Below, piece by piece: positions 62,710-64,000 of a stretch of 64,000 bases of DNA. The translations under genes were made by a program, and so were the position numbers. This DNA is from the human T2T-CHM13v2.0 reference genome, Homo sapiens. Under the pieces are notes generated by a model. The model saw only the letters and a list, made by a program, of their open reading frames with translations. It made no database searches and was not told the DNA's origin. The DNA is taken from NCBI RefSeq assembly GCF_009914755.1, contig NC_060933.1; one strand, written 5' to 3'. The stretch's first letter is position 1. The number at the start of each line of letters is the position of its first letter.

Positions 62710-62970
62710 TTCAGGCAGTGGCTCACGCCTGTGATCCCAACACTTTGTGAGGCCGAAGGGGTTGGATCACTTGAGCACAGGACTTTGGGACCAGCCTCGG
62801 CAACATGGCAAGATCTGAGCTCTACAAAAAAAAAAAAAAAAAAATTACCCAAGTGTAGTAGTGCACAACTGTCATCCCAGCTACTCAGAAGGCTGAGGTA
62901 GCCTGAGAGCTTGAGGCTGCAGTGAGCCATGATAGTGCCACTGCACTCCAGCCTGGGCAAGAGAGTAGCA
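62710..62970 (+). mobile_element. AluJ with small deletion
   Basis: Diverged Alu dimer; aaaaagtaga at both flanks. Confidence 0.85.
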
Positions 62971-63213
62971 CCCCCAAAAAAGTAGACAAATAGTATGCCA
63001 CTCAGATCCTTAGAAGATAGAACAACAAAGAAGACATGAGCAAGATACAGAGACCCGTAACTGAGGCAACTTCAATGATTAGAAAACAAAGCCTTTATTG
63101 ATAATAAGAATCTGATTTAGTGATTCAGCAGAGCATATCAGAAGAGGCAAAACCTCTGTACCAATATAATTGAAAAATACTTTACATTTAAAATAAGTAA
63201 TTTGCAGATGTAA

Positions 63214-63284
63214 TAATCAATAGTAAGAATTTTCTGGTAATCAATAGTAAGAATTTTCTGGTAAACAATAGTAAAAATTTTCTG
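63214..63284. repeat. 24-bp tandem repeat, about 3 copies
   Basis: taatcaatagtaagaattttctgg twice exactly plus one diverged copy. Confidence 0.9.
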
Positions 63285-64000
63285 AAAATAGTGTTACATT
63301 TTACATGTGAAAAACTTCCCAGTTCAGGTGCTGAAATACAAGAGCAACAAGAAACCCACAAAAGTAGAACCTGGACAATGAAAAAAGAAGAGAATTATGG
63401 ATATGGCAAGAATTAAGTCCATCCTTTTAGCCAAAGATGACTATGTGATTTGGGTGGTTTCTTAATATGGAGGATTAAGTTTTTATTGTAAAAATCCTAT
63501 TATATTTGTTTTTATAGTCTGTTTATATTCACCATCTCACCATCTAGCTGAAAATATTTTTATTTGACTCAGTAATATTTTTATTATTTCTGACTCAGTA
63601 AATATTTGTTGATTGGCTAATTAAATACATGATGCAGTTATAAATAAAAAAATAATAAGGAATGCATAGTTGAGAGTAACAACACCATCCCCTATGATGA
63701 CATAAGATTATTCATAATCTGTGTGATAGTTGAAAACAATATAATGAATTAGAATAGAAAAAGCTAGAACCTCTGTTTCTGCAAACCTAATAAACAACTT
63801 TAAAGATGCCCAGTATTTTAAGATAATCGATTTTGACCTGAAGTTATTTCAAGTGACAGCAAATTTCTTTAAAATGGTCTGCTTATGTTTTGTTTCTAAT
63901 TTAGAGGTAATTACTCCAAGGGTGATGTAAAATGTGTATAGAAGTATACAGGAATAGTACAGATTTCCTTTTTTTTTTTAAGTGTTTAATTCAAGCCTAT

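Noticed and set aside
63214-63284. 24-bp repeats as a CRISPR-like array
   Set aside because: Head-to-tail with no spacers, in mammalian DNA; simple minisatellite

Overview
Primate (very likely human) genomic DNA, not microbial. The left third (1-21,250) is the 5' end of a minus-strand gene that I cannot name from sequence. It has a ~1.5 kb CpG-island promoter (CCAAT, GC boxes), several candidate first-exon donors, a (GGGGGT)n G-quadruplex repeat just inside intron 1, a probable 233-nt 5' exon carrying upstream AUGs, and a possible microexon. The right two-thirds is repeat-dense upstream/intergenic DNA: many Alus, MaLR and ERV solo LTRs (MER50, LOR1, THE1, MST, LTR16), an old fragmented L1M, and a 5.2 kb L1PA3/4 with a 20-bp TSD. 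No intact cellular CDS is recognisable; nearly all ORF-track entries are repeat-derived or chance. The best-supported oddities are: (i) the L1PA is a spliced retrocopy whose nt ~97 donor is joined to the ORF1 acceptor at ~976 (SpIRE); (ii) a TSD-bounded Alu with an inverted 5' end (twin-priming signature); (iii) a ~300-bp, ~95% identical intronic inverted duplication that includes non-repeat sequence; (iv) several template-switch scars. Repeat subfamily names come from recalled consensus sequences, not from a search. I see no convincing evidence of a wholly new biological system.
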